Shown: one piece after another, positions 1-9,236 of the stretch
Layout of the letters: the number at the start of each line of letters is the position of its first letter
Position numbering within the stretch: the first letter of the stretch is position 1
Origin: Anaerolineae bacterium
Lineage (GTDB): Bacteria > Chloroflexota > Anaerolineae > UBA1429
Length of the DNA stretch: 47,648 nucleotides
Direction of reading: 5' to 3'
Assembly (NCBI GenBank): GCA_021162655.1
Contig: JAGGYI010000083.1
Coordinates: forward strand, 1-47,648
Notes under the pieces: model-generated
The model's input: the letters and a program-made list of their open reading frames with translations, nothing else
Database searches by the model: none
What the model was told of the DNA's origin: nothing
Made by a program: the position numbers and the translations under genes

Positions 1-13
1 CCTTTAGGCCCAT
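1..13 (-). CDS. 5' end of a gene running off the window (MGLK...)
   Basis: ATG at 13-11 on minus strand preceded by purine-rich RBS (GAGGAGAGGGG), co-oriented downstream of the sugar transferase. Confidence 0.45.
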
Positions 14-58
14 CCCCTCTCCTCCAACTTGGATAAATCTCTCAATCAATCAATGAAC

Positions 59-808
59 TCAACAGGCACCACGGGCGCCAAGAACGACGGGAATTGTCTT
101 CAGAATAATTTTCAAGTCTAGCCAAAGCGAACGTTTTTGGACATATTCGAGATCCAAGCGGACCATCTCGTCAAAAGAAAGCTCATTCCGGCCCCGCACT
201 TGCCAGAGCCCCGTCAGGCCCTGTTTCACTGCAAGGCGCCGCCGATGCCATGGCTTGTACTGTTGTACTTCATAAGGGATAGCGGGACGAGGCCCGACAA
301 AACTCATTTCTCCTCGCAAAATGTTAACAAGTTGAGGAAGTTCATCAAGGCTAGTCTTGCGCAAAAAGCGCCCTACTTTTGTCACTCGTGGATCTTGCTC
401 TAGCTTATAAAGCCCTTTTCGTCCCTCTGTAGCTTTGACCTCCCCATTAATCAACTTGGACATGTACTGTCGATGGAGCCTTTGGTCTGCTCCATGGTAC
501 ATTGTGCGGAATTTATAGAATTCGAAAACACGCTGTTCAGGATGGGGATCTGACAAACTCTGCTCCCCCAGTACTCGCTTCTGACGAAAGATCACAGGGC
601 CAGGAGAATCCAAGGCAACCGCTAAAGCAATTATCACCATCAAAGGAGCTAAAAGTACCAGTAGAATACTCGCCAAAACGACATCCAACAACCGCTTGGA
701 TAAGCGGTAGAACAAATCCGTAGCAAGTGGGCCAAAGCCCAGTTGAGAGGCTACAGAGATCTCCCGAGCGTGAAGCAGTTTCGTTGCCACTTGCTCCCCC
801 TTGCACAT
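59..808 (-). CDS. Bacterial sugar transferase (initiating phosphoglycosyltransferase, WcaJ/PglC-like)
   Basis: KRLLDV + single TM, FYKFRTM, DPRVTKVGRFLRKTSLDELPQL, GEMSFVGPRP, GLTGLWQV, DLEY motifs; true start may be GTG at 790 (RBS GGGGAG). Confidence 0.93.
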   Translation of the reverse strand: MCKGEQVATKLLHAREISVASQLGFGPLATDLFYRLSKRLLDVVLASILLVLLAPLMVIIALAVALDSPGPVIFRQKRVLGEQSLSDPHPEQRVFEFYKFRTMYHGADQRLHRQYMSKLINGEVKATEGRKGLYKLEQDPRVTKVGRFLRKTSLDELPQLVNILRGEMSFVGPRPAIPYEVQQYKPWHRRRLAVKQGLTGLWQVRGRNELSFDEMVRLDLEYVQKRSLWLDLKIILKTIPVVLGARGAC

Positions 809-904
809 TCAGGGTACGGTCTTAAGTCCACCTCTACTTTACCACCTCCATATGAAACCTCCATGAACACTCTTTGGAGCTCCGATAACAATTTGTTCAT
901 CAAT

Positions 905-932
905 AAAAAAGGGCTGCCCAGACAGCAGCCCC
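905..932 (-). terminator. Intrinsic terminator of ECF operon
   Basis: Minus strand GGGCTGC-N7-GCAGCCC followed by TTTTTT. Confidence 0.8.
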
Positions 933-951
933 AACTTAACGTCTACTAATG

Positions 952-1971
952 TTAGTTTTCTTTCTCCCCCAAAGTTTGCGGCAGTTCATGGCCTCCTCCC
1001 TTGAGCAAAACCAACTCAAGCGAAGTGCCAAAACGAGTAAGCACCACCGCTCCTATGCCCCAGGCGATTATTAACAAACTCAGCAAGGAACCTACATAGG
1101 GTATCCAACTCGGTAAAGCAAGCAAAAGGCTCCCTACTAATACTTCTCCCAAAGGCCCCCCTCCGTTTGTCCCCATAGTCTGGAAAAGCTGGTTCCCCAC
1201 AACCTTACCAGCCGCTGCCCAGCCCAAAAGCCCTGCCAAAAGCACCCCCAGAATGAGGCCAAAAGCAAGGGGGAGACCTATGCAAAGGATCGCCAGTAAA
1301 GGAACAAGCACCGCTATTAGTATCAATGTCAGAAGGCCTACCCCAAAGCTCAGTAATGCAGAGTGCCGAAGGACATGAGCAACACGGTCAACATGGGTGG
1401 GAAAGAAACTCACCACTAGGGCTACCAAAAAGAGCAAAAGTATCGTCACGCCTATCCTTCGAATAAAACGAAGAAACCATCGCCACATGTCCCAGCGATG
1501 CGCGGCCCTCTCTACTCCCGATTTATCCTGCGGCACGCCCTTCAACTGCTCACCCAAAACCCTAGGGAACTTGAGAGTGGGTGCATTGCCCAAGCCTATT
1601 GTCTCGTTCCCTTTGATCCGCGCCTTGGGATGACGTCGAAGATGCCCCAAAACTGTCAGATCTCCATGAATGACTGCACTGTCCGTCAGCTCAAGCACTC
1701 CTCCAAAGGAAACCACACTACCCCGAACTTCCCCTTCAATCCGAGCCTCACTTCCCATAAGTACTATGTCGCCCTCAACGAGGCTTTTTCTCTGGAGGTA
1801 CACTCGGCCTCCAAAAACCACTAAATCCTCCGAAAGTCTTTCTCCAGGACCCAGGGTGAACTCCTGCCCAAAGACGGTAACAGCATTCTCCCCTCTATCA
1901 GCCCAAACCGGCAAAGGAAAGGAAACCAAAAGCACTACAACAACGAGAACCTCCAAGAGGGCCTTCTTCAT
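952..1971 (-). CDS. Membrane protein with signal peptide, bactofilin-like beta-helix N-terminal region and C-terminal TM bundle
   Basis: Signal peptide; repeated DLVVFGG/DIVLMG/SVVSFGG/GDLTVLG strands; about 5 hydrophobic helices; third gene of an ECF operon. Confidence 0.75.
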   Translation of the reverse strand: MKKALLEVLVVVVLLVSFPLPVWADRGENAVTVFGQEFTLGPGERLSEDLVVFGGRVYLQRKSLVEGDIVLMGSEARIEGEVRGSVVSFGGVLELTDSAVIHGDLTVLGHLRRHPKARIKGNETIGLGNAPTLKFPRVLGEQLKGVPQDKSGVERAAHRWDMWRWFLRFIRRIGVTILLLFLVALVVSFFPTHVDRVAHVLRHSALLSFGVGLLTLILIAVLVPLLAILCIGLPLAFGLILGVLLAGLLGWAAAGKVVGNQLFQTMGTNGGGPLGEVLVGSLLLALPSWIPYVGSLLSLLIIAWGIGAVVLTRFGTSLELVLLKGGGHELPQTLGEKEN

Positions 1972-2003
1972 CTTCTCATCCCTCCATCCTCCCAGGAGCT
2001 AGC

Positions 2004-2537
2004 TCACACCCGCCGCCCGCGATACCCTCGAAAGAGAACTATGTATAACCACAAAATCATCAAAAAGGCTGCCAAGCAAGACCAACTGATCAGCACAAGT
2101 CCCCCTCCGCTCTCAAAAAGCACCCGGAGCCACAGAACGAACACCTGCACGACAAGAACGCCTGTCCTGAACAGGCAATCCAACACTCGAAAAGCATCCC
2201 AAGCGCTCAAAACCGACCAAACTCTCCAGGCACCATCCCAGAAAACTACTCCCCAAACAAACAAAAGTGCCCCCAAAGCAAATCCTAACCCCCAAAACAA
2301 GAGCCTCTGCCTTCGGGCCCTGGCCTCCATTCGAGCCATAACCAAAGGGACAAGATCCCGAGGTGGAGACACCCTTTCAGCACCCTGCAACAGTTGGTCT
2401 GCAGCTAGCATCATTCCCCATTCTTTTGCACAATGAGGGCAGGACTGAAGGTGTTCTTCCAATTCTTCCCACTGTGCCTGAGTAAGAAGTCCGTCCAACT
2501 GTAAGGACATCCATTCAGAGGCTTGCTGGCAACGCAT
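2004..2537 (-). CDS. Zinc-binding anti-sigma factor (zf-HC2/ZAS), membrane-anchored
   Basis: MRC...LDGLL...HLQSCPHC (HxxxCxxC) followed by TM segments; overlaps the 3' end of the sigma gene. Confidence 0.9.
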   Translation of the reverse strand: MRCQQASEWMSLQLDGLLTQAQWEELEEHLQSCPHCAKEWGMMLAADQLLQGAERVSPPRDLVPLVMARMEARARRQRLLFWGLGFALGALLFVWGVVFWDGAWRVWSVLSAWDAFRVLDCLFRTGVLVVQVFVLWLRVLFESGGGLVLISWSCLAAFLMILWLYIVLFRGYRGRRV

Positions 2538-3114
2538 CGCGCGACTCCTTTGAGACTTGCGTCTCTTCCGAAACTTGGAGAAGCTTGGCCATCATTTTCC
2601 TTGCCCGGTGTAAGCGAGACTTGATTGCACTTTGACTCGTTTCAAGCATTCTCGCCATTTCCTCATAGGAATACCCGTACCAATAGCGCAAAATAACAAC
2701 TACTCGATACTGAGGGGGCAACTTTGAAAGAATCCTCCGCACAGCCACCTGCTCTTCATGTTGGAGGAAGCGCTCCTCTGGTTGAGGGCGCCGGTCGGGC
2801 ATCCAACGCCACGACTTGATCCCCTCCAAAGAGACAAAACGCCCCTTTCTCTTTCTCAGCTGGTCGAGGCAATAGTGCGAAGCGATAGAGAGGATCCATG
2901 AGGAAAATTTGTAGCCAGGATCATAGGTATGTAAACGAGAGAATGCCCGTAAAAAGGTCTCTTGGGTTGCATCCTCCGCCTCGTCTGGGTCACCCAACAT
3001 TCGATAGGCCAAATTATATACGGGAGCCTGATACGCCCGAATCAACTGACAAAAGGCTTCTTTATCTCCCTTTTGAGCTAGCGAAACCCAGCGCTCCTCC
3101 TCTACCATCCCCAC
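2515..3114 (-). CDS. ECF RNA polymerase sigma factor (SigW-like)
   Basis: Region 2 (AEDATQETFLRAF, FSSWILSIASHYCLD) and region 4 (LPPQYRVVVILRY...SYEEMA...AIKSRLHRAR). Confidence 0.95.
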   Translation of the reverse strand: MGMVEEERWVSLAQKGDKEAFCQLIRAYQAPVYNLAYRMLGDPDEAEDATQETFLRAFSRLHTYDPGYKFSSWILSIASHYCLDQLRKRKGRFVSLEGIKSWRWMPDRRPQPEERFLQHEEQVAVRRILSKLPPQYRVVVILRYWYGYSYEEMARMLETSQSAIKSRLHRARKMMAKLLQVSEETQVSKESRDALPASL

Positions 3115-3162
3115 CCCGCCAATCCCTTTACAGGCCTTTGATCCTCGCGTGTTTTACTACAA

Positions 3163-3188
3163 TACGTAGATGCGTTAGCAAAGTTGCA
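3163..3188 (-). promoter_or_regulatory. ECF (SigW-type) autoregulatory promoter
   Basis: TGCAAC-N16-CGTA about 50 nt upstream of the sigma gene; SigW consensus is TGAAAC-N16-CGTA. Confidence 0.75.
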
Positions 3189-3193
3189 TCTTC

Positions 3194-3222
3194 TTGACAA
3201 AGCCCTTTCCTCCCCCTATTCT
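3194..3222 (+). promoter_or_regulatory. sigma70 promoter for the kinase pair
   Basis: TTGACA-N17-TATTCT. Confidence 0.7.
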
Positions 3223-3244
3223 CAAGAACTGGGAGAAAAAGATC

Positions 3245-4210
3245 ATGTCTAAAGAACATTATTACATCGCCATCGAAGGGCCCATCGGTGTAGGCAAAAC
3301 CACTCTCGCGCGGCTCATGCAGCCCGAGTTTGAAGCGCAACTTGTTCTAGAAGTTTTCGAGGAAAACCCTTTCCTCACCAAATTCTATATAGATAGAGAG
3401 GCTTACGCCTTCCAGACCCAAATCTTTTTTCTCCTTAGCCGTTACCGCCAGCACCGTGATTTAGCCTCAATGCTCCGTCAAGGAAACATCATTAGCGACT
3501 ATGCTTTCATCAAAGATTGGATCTTTGCCCACATCAACCTTCGAGGGGATGAACTTGAAACTTATGAACAGCTCTACCGTATCCTCTGCCAACATGTCGT
3601 CTCGCCAGATCTCATCGTTTATCTGGATGCTGACGTTTCCGTCTTGATGGAGCGCATCACTCTACGCGATCGAAGCTACGAACGCAACATCTCTCCCGAA
3701 TATCTCGAGGCCCTGCGCGGGGCCTACGAAACTTTCTTTGCCGATTACAGCGAATCCCCTGTGCTACGCATCGACACAAACCACCTCGATATCGTCCACA
3801 AGCCTGATGACCTCGATCAAGTGATTCAACGAGTACGCTCCGCCCTCAGGCATGGCACCCACCAGCCAGCCCTTCCCCAATTCGAGCCCTTATCTAGCGT
3901 GAGTGGAGCCTCTGCTAAAACACCGCGTAGGCTCTTCTCCCCTTACCCTCAGGGAGAGAAGGAGACCTCAACTCTGCTGCTTCATTTGGTAGAAAACACA
4001 AGCTCTCTACTGCACTCCCTCATCCAGCTATGGGTCCAGCACAATACTTTCGCCCAAGAGCCTGACCAGGCACTACAAAAAGCCCTTGGCCAGCTTTACC
4101 AAATGAGGGACCAATTAACCAAAACCATCGAGGATCTCTCACTCCTTGGCCAATGCGCTGGTTCCGATCCTTTTTCCTCAGAATCAACATCCCCTAACAA
4201 GAAGGCCTGA
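3245..4210 (+). CDS. Deoxynucleoside kinase with C-terminal helical extension
   Basis: IAIEGPIGVGKTT P-loop, ENPFL..FY, QIFFLLSR, RDRSYE lid; start moved to ATG 3245 (RBS GGGAG; the track's TTG 3194 is the -35 box). Confidence 0.92.
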   Translation: MSKEHYYIAIEGPIGVGKTTLARLMQPEFEAQLVLEVFEENPFLTKFYIDREAYAFQTQIFFLLSRYRQHRDLASMLRQGNIISDYAFIKDWIFAHINLRGDELETYEQLYRILCQHVVSPDLIVYLDADVSVLMERITLRDRSYERNISPEYLEALRGAYETFFADYSESPVLRIDTNHLDIVHKPDDLDQVIQRVRSALRHGTHQPALPQFEPLSSVSGASAKTPRRLFSPYPQGEKETSTLLLHLVENTSSLLHSLIQLWVQHNTFAQEPDQALQKALGQLYQMRDQLTKTIEDLSLLGQCAGSDPFSSESTSPNKKA

Positions 4211-4851
4211 TGAAAGGAACAAAAGCGATCATCGCTATAGCAGGCAACATAGGAGCTGGCAAATCAACCCTAGCCCACCTCCTTGCTAAAACCAAAGGAT
4301 GGGAAGCCCATCTTGAATTAGCCAACGATAACCCTTACCTCGCAGACTTTTATCTTGATATGCGGAGGTGGAGCTTTCATTCACAGATATACTTCCTCGC
4401 CCGGAGGCTAAGACAGCAACTCGCTCTTGCTCACCTCTCCAAAACTGCCATCTTGGATCGAACACTTTATGAAGATGCCGAAGTTTTTGCCCGAAACCTT
4501 TACCTTCAGGGGCTAATGAGCCCCAGAGACTATCAAACATATAATGAGCTTTACCAAGCGGCCCGCCTTCTCGCGAGTCCCCCCACTCTGTTAATTTACC
4601 TCCGTGCTTCCGTAACGACTCTATTGAAACACATCCACAGCCGAGGGCGCCACTATGAACGTAGCATTTCGCCACAGTATTTGAGGCAATTAAACTCTCT
4701 CTACGAAGAATGGATTGAACGTTTCGATCTCTCGCCCATACTTGTCTTGCCTATGAATGAGCTGGATTTTGTCTTACATCCTGAAGAAGCTTCATGGGCA
4801 ATTCACCAGATCGTCACTAAACTCTACCAGTTGGGTATAGTGCCCATTTAA
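4210..4851 (+). CDS. Deoxynucleoside kinase (second paralog)
   Basis: IAGNIGAGKST, NPYLADFY, DRTLYED, RGRHYE; TGATG coupling to upstream kinase. Confidence 0.93.
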   Translation: MKGTKAIIAIAGNIGAGKSTLAHLLAKTKGWEAHLELANDNPYLADFYLDMRRWSFHSQIYFLARRLRQQLALAHLSKTAILDRTLYEDAEVFARNLYLQGLMSPRDYQTYNELYQAARLLASPPTLLIYLRASVTTLLKHIHSRGRHYERSISPQYLRQLNSLYEEWIERFDLSPILVLPMNELDFVLHPEEASWAIHQIVTKLYQLGIVPI

Positions 4852-5333
4852 AACTCGATGATCTCTGCCTCTCCCTTTTCTGTGTCATAGATTGCAATGC
4901 TTCGCACACCAAGCCGTCCCATAACTTCTCCAGGATTCAACAACAAAGTACGTCCCACCCATTCCTGGGCTCTTTGATGATTATGCCCATAACAGACCAA
5001 ATCATACTGCTGGCCTTTGGCCAGAGCTCGCCCTAGATGCGGATAATGAGTTAAGGCAATAGAGCGCCCCTCCAGTTCAAGCTCCCCAAATCCTCCCAAA
5101 ATCTCGACATTTCCTGCTTTGGCAGCATTTTGGCCAATAAGCAACTTGTCCCCATCGTTATTTCCCCAAACGAGATACACCTTCCCCGCAAAGCCTTGGG
5201 CAATTTCTGTAATAGTAAAAGGCGCACAGAGATCACCCAAACAAAGCAGAACTTCACAGCCTTGGAGCCTTTGCAGAGCTTCCCGCAAGGCCCAAATATT
5301 GTCGTGAATATCAGAAATCACTCCGATACGCAT
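4848..5333 (-). CDS. Metallophosphoesterase, YfcE family
   Basis: SDIH, GD, GNND, TH, GHNH, NPG motifs. Confidence 0.92.
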   Translation of the reverse strand: MRIGVISDIHDNIWALREALQRLQGCEVLLCLGDLCAPFTITEIAQGFAGKVYLVWGNNDGDKLLIGQNAAKAGNVEILGGFGELELEGRSIALTHYPHLGRALAKGQQYDLVCYGHNHQRAQEWVGRTLLLNPGEVMGRLGVRSIAIYDTEKGEAEIIEF

Positions 5334-5401
5334 CGCCGTTCCCTCCTCCTTTGGAAGTTAATTTCATTCTACCACTTTGCCCCCAAGTGGGAAAGATATG
5401 C

Positions 5402-5430
5402 TTGACCATTTCAACAAGCTCCGGTATGAT
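5402..5430 (+). promoter_or_regulatory. sigma70 promoter of glycan-processing operon
   Basis: TTGACC-N17-TATGAT; inverted repeat CCACTT-N7-AAGTGG at 5372-5390 just upstream. Confidence 0.6.
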
Positions 5431-5464
5431 CGTAAATTTAGAAAACTCAAAAGAGGCAAGTACT

Positions 5465-6679
5465 ATGGAGATATTAGTAAAAACCTTGACTCTTGAGGAA
5501 ATTCAACACGCCATTGACCAGGTCTCTCTCTATGGAGGGGGCCGAGTGTTTCTTCCAGAAGGAATTTGTCTTCTCCAGAATGCAATTCAAATGCGTAGCG
5601 GGGTTAGGCTAGAGGGAGTACCGGGGAAAACTATCTTGAAAAAGCTTCCCTCCACCTCAGCCCGGATCAAAGGCTACCTGGGGTACGGGCATTATGAAGT
5701 ACGGGTCCATGAACCCGCCAAATTCTCCAGAGGCATGGGTATTTATATCTATGATGAACAAGCTGGAGGATTTTACACCACCACTGCTACCATCCTTGAT
5801 ATTGTAGGAGACCGTCTCTACATCGATCAGATGCTCAACCATGACTATAGCGAAGAGCGAGGGGGCACCGTCGTCACCGTACACCCCCTCGTCTCTTTCC
5901 GTGGGGTCCGTCACGCCTCCATCGCCCATCTAGTACTCGACGGCAACCTGGAAGAGGAGCCCAACCATATCAATGGCTGCCGAGGAGGCAACGTTTACAT
6001 GCTTATGTCTCACGACATCACCGTTGAGCACGTCGAAGTGAAAAACTTTAACGGCGATGGTATTAGTTTCCAGCAGTGCACCGACGTCCGCGTTCGGCAA
6101 AGCTTCATCCACCACAACGCTGGCCATGGGCTCCATCCAGGAAGCGGCTCTGTACGTTACTGGCTTTTGGAAAACAAGATCACTCACAATCAGCAGTGCG
6201 GCATCTTTTATTGTCTTCGTACTACCCACTCCCTTTGTGCCCATAACGTCATCGAGAACAATGGCTCTGAAGGCATCTCTTTAGGCGAAAGGGACACTCA
6301 CCACCTCATTCAAAAAAACAAGATCGCTTCCAACGGAAGCTGTGGCATTTACTTCCGCCCCAGCCAGTTCCCGGCGGATTACACCGAGATCATTGAAAAT
6401 GAAATCTCAGACAATTGCACTGCCCAAGGAAAGGCCCAGATCACCATTTGCTCATCTCCCAAGTTCATCCAAATAGCAAGAAACTCTCTTTCGAGCAAAG
6501 AAGGCCTACTTTCTATTGAAGGGAACCCTTCAGAACTCTATATTAGCAACAACCAACCCGAGATCTACCCTGGAGCACGCCCCGGGGTACACCACGAGGA
6601 AGTAAAGTTACCTGTAGGCCCAGAAGTGGCCGGCCCAGATTCGGCCAGGCACCTCAATGTTCTTTTAACCACACTTTGA
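5465..6679 (+). CDS. Right-handed parallel beta-helix protein (pectate lyase superfamily-like)
   Basis: IQHAIDQV..GGGRVFLPEG N-terminal motif; repeated N..DGI, HHNAGHGL, ENNGSEGI, SNGSCGI coils; start moved to ATG 5465, downstream of the promoter. Confidence 0.85.
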   Translation: MEILVKTLTLEEIQHAIDQVSLYGGGRVFLPEGICLLQNAIQMRSGVRLEGVPGKTILKKLPSTSARIKGYLGYGHYEVRVHEPAKFSRGMGIYIYDEQAGGFYTTTATILDIVGDRLYIDQMLNHDYSEERGGTVVTVHPLVSFRGVRHASIAHLVLDGNLEEEPNHINGCRGGNVYMLMSHDITVEHVEVKNFNGDGISFQQCTDVRVRQSFIHHNAGHGLHPGSGSVRYWLLENKITHNQQCGIFYCLRTTHSLCAHNVIENNGSEGISLGERDTHHLIQKNKIASNGSCGIYFRPSQFPADYTEIIENEISDNCTAQGKAQITICSSPKFIQIARNSLSSKEGLLSIEGNPSELYISNNQPEIYPGARPGVHHEEVKLPVGPEVAGPDSARHLNVLLTTL

Positions 6680-6687
6680 GGGTCCCA

Positions 6688-7725
6688 ATGGAACTAGTTA
6701 TCCCTTTTCCCGATTCTCGCATTCATGTCCACGGACTTGGGTGGTACGCAGAGACCCGTCCTTTTCTCTGGCGCTTTCCCCAAAGGTTTCATTCTGTTCT
6801 CCCTGAAGGCCTTTTCGAGGCTGGCAAGCAAACCGCTGGAGTACGGCTGAGGTTTCGCACCGATTCGGGTCACCTGAGCCTCAGAGCATCTTTCCCTTCC
6901 GAGCCTTACCCTCACCCTAACATGACCCGCTACACCGCCCAAGGGATCGCTACGTATGTGGGCGGACAGTGTTGGTCCTCAGTGATCCCTTCAGAGGGGG
7001 GAAAAGGCGAGGTGGAGGTTGTCCTTTTCCACCGAGCTCCTCGAAGGGAAAAAGAAGTTTGTCTTTATCTTCCTCTCTACGGCAGCATAGATATCCACGA
7101 ACTCATTCTGGATGCCGATGCCTCGCTGGCTCCTCCACGACCATATGCGCATCCGTTACCCGTCGTCTTTTACGGCACATCGATTACTCAGGGGGGATGT
7201 GCCTCACGTCCGGGGTTAAGCTACCAAGCCATGCTCTCTCGCCAATTGAACATCGACTATATCAACATGGGCTTCAGTGGCAGAGGAAAGTGCGAATCCC
7301 AGGTCGCCCTAATCCTCGCAGAACTCCGGACTAGCTGTTTTGTGTTAGACGTCGGACAGAACAACACCCCCGAAGAACTCGAACAACGCATAGGGCCTTT
7401 CATCGACATACTTCGGGAGGCACAACCCAAGACCCCTCTGCTCATCACGATACCTATTTTCTACAACGCCGAACTATGGTCCTCCGAATATGCCCAGGAG
7501 AGCGAGAAGAAACGCGAGATCATTCGCGATGCTGTCCTTCAGCGTAAGCAAGCAGGAGATACTCGAATTTTCCTCTTGGAGAAAGATCACTACTTGGGGG
7601 AATGGTTCACTGATGGCTCAGTGGATGGCGGACATCCAAACGATCTCGGCTTCTTTCACATGGCCAAAGGGATGGCCTCCCTCCTTTCTCAAATATTAGA
7701 CCTTCCCCAAAAGAGGAGTGCATAA
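6688..7725 (+). CDS. SGNH/GDSL hydrolase (GxDLY/Lipase_GDSL_3 type), probable carbohydrate esterase
   Basis: AGVRLRFRTDS, LYLPLY, YGTSITQG, NMGFSG, DGGHPNDLG. Confidence 0.9.
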   Translation: MELVIPFPDSRIHVHGLGWYAETRPFLWRFPQRFHSVLPEGLFEAGKQTAGVRLRFRTDSGHLSLRASFPSEPYPHPNMTRYTAQGIATYVGGQCWSSVIPSEGGKGEVEVVLFHRAPRREKEVCLYLPLYGSIDIHELILDADASLAPPRPYAHPLPVVFYGTSITQGGCASRPGLSYQAMLSRQLNIDYINMGFSGRGKCESQVALILAELRTSCFVLDVGQNNTPEELEQRIGPFIDILREAQPKTPLLITIPIFYNAELWSSEYAQESEKKREIIRDAVLQRKQAGDTRIFLLEKDHYLGEWFTDGSVDGGHPNDLGFFHMAKGMASLLSQILDLPQKRSA

Positions 7726-7728
7726 GCA

Positions 7729-9222
7729 ATGGGAAAATCCTCTTTTCGCACACATCTCGCCATGATTCCTCCCTGGAACGAGGGCCCCCCTCAAATCAAT
7801 GCTCCCCTCACTTGGGGTATCGGGGTGCGCTCTCAGACCTTTATCCCCATACCCACCTTAGGGCAAAGGCCCCTTTCCTATCACATCGAGGGACTGCCCC
7901 AAGGACTAAAGCTGGACCCACGGCAGGGAGTTATCACTGGCAGCGTTTCCAGCGAGCTTGAGGTGGAACCGCTTCTCACCGTAAGCAACGTGCATGGACA
8001 GGATTCCAAAAGCATCATTCTAAAAGCTGGGGCTGGGCTAGCTCTCACCCCGCCTATGGGATGGAATAGCTGGAACTGTTGGGGAGCAAAGATAGACGCC
8101 GGCAAAGTTCGGCGAAGCGCGGATGCTCTCATCACTTCAGGTCTGGCTGCTCATGGCTACAACTACGTAAACATAGACGATGGATGGCAAGGAGACCGCG
8201 GGGGACCTTTCCATGCCCTCCAAGGCAATTCCAAGTTCCCCGATATGGCTGCCCTTTGCTCCCATGTCCATAGCAAAGGGCTCCGCATAGGCATCTATTC
8301 CACCCCTTGGTCTAGATCTTACGCAGGCTACCTAGGAGGCTCCGAGGGGGAATGTATTGAAGACCTGGAAAGCATAGAGCCCTACCGCCTCCAGAAAAGG
8401 CGATACCTCTGTGCCCACTCTTTCGCCCAAGAAGATGCCCGCCAGTGGGCCGTGTGGGGTATCGATTACCTCAAATACGACTGGGCCCACTGGAAAGCCG
8501 AGACAGTTGAAGAAATGCACAACGCCCTCTGTCGATCGGGTCGAGACATCGTGTACAGCCTCTCAAACTCGGCCCCATTTGAGCAAGCGAGCGTTTGGGC
8601 CCGCCTGGCCAACTTGTGGCGAACTACAGGAGACATTCGCGATGATTGGCAAGTCCTTTCACGGATTGCCTTCAACCAAGACAAGTGGATCCCCTACGCT
8701 GGCCCGGGCCACTGGAACGACCCCGATATGCTCGTGGTAGGTAAACTGGGCTGGGGATCCCCCCGCGAGAATCGGCTCACGCCAGATGAACAGATCACCC
8801 ACATGACAATGTGGGCTCTTCTGGCTGCCCCTCTTCTCATAGGCTGCGATCTCGAGCAGCTCGACGAGCTAACCATCCGCCTACTCTGCAACGACGAAGT
8901 CCTAGCCATCGATCAAGATCCTCTGGGGCAACAAGCCCATTGTGTGCGAGAGCTCAAACGGCATGCAGCAGATGGTCGAATATTTTCCCACCAGATGGTT
9001 TACGCCAGAACACTTTACGATGGGTCCCTTGCTGTTGGCTTTTTCAACAGAGGACCTCAACCTGAGCGAATCAAAGTTTCCTGGGCAGAACTGGGGCTTC
9101 ACGGGCGTAAGCGAGTTCGAGATATTTGGGCCCAGCGAGATATTGGCTATCATGAAAAGGAAATCACGATGAATGTGCCCGCTCACGGAGCCCAGTTTGT
9201 TCGTATTTATAACCGAGTCTAA
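7729..9222 (+). CDS. GH27 alpha-galactosidase with N-terminal Ig-like (He_PIG) domain
   Basis: LTPPMGWNSWN, YVNIDDGWQ, IDYLKYDW, WRTTGDI, GHWNDPDMLVVG, APLLIGCD. Confidence 0.93.
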   Translation: MGKSSFRTHLAMIPPWNEGPPQINAPLTWGIGVRSQTFIPIPTLGQRPLSYHIEGLPQGLKLDPRQGVITGSVSSELEVEPLLTVSNVHGQDSKSIILKAGAGLALTPPMGWNSWNCWGAKIDAGKVRRSADALITSGLAAHGYNYVNIDDGWQGDRGGPFHALQGNSKFPDMAALCSHVHSKGLRIGIYSTPWSRSYAGYLGGSEGECIEDLESIEPYRLQKRRYLCAHSFAQEDARQWAVWGIDYLKYDWAHWKAETVEEMHNALCRSGRDIVYSLSNSAPFEQASVWARLANLWRTTGDIRDDWQVLSRIAFNQDKWIPYAGPGHWNDPDMLVVGKLGWGSPRENRLTPDEQITHMTMWALLAAPLLIGCDLEQLDELTIRLLCNDEVLAIDQDPLGQQAHCVRELKRHAADGRIFSHQMVYARTLYDGSLAVGFFNRGPQPERIKVSWAELGLHGRKRVRDIWAQRDIGYHEKEITMNVPAHGAQFVRIYNRV

Positions 9223-9236
9223 TGAGGTGCAAGAAA

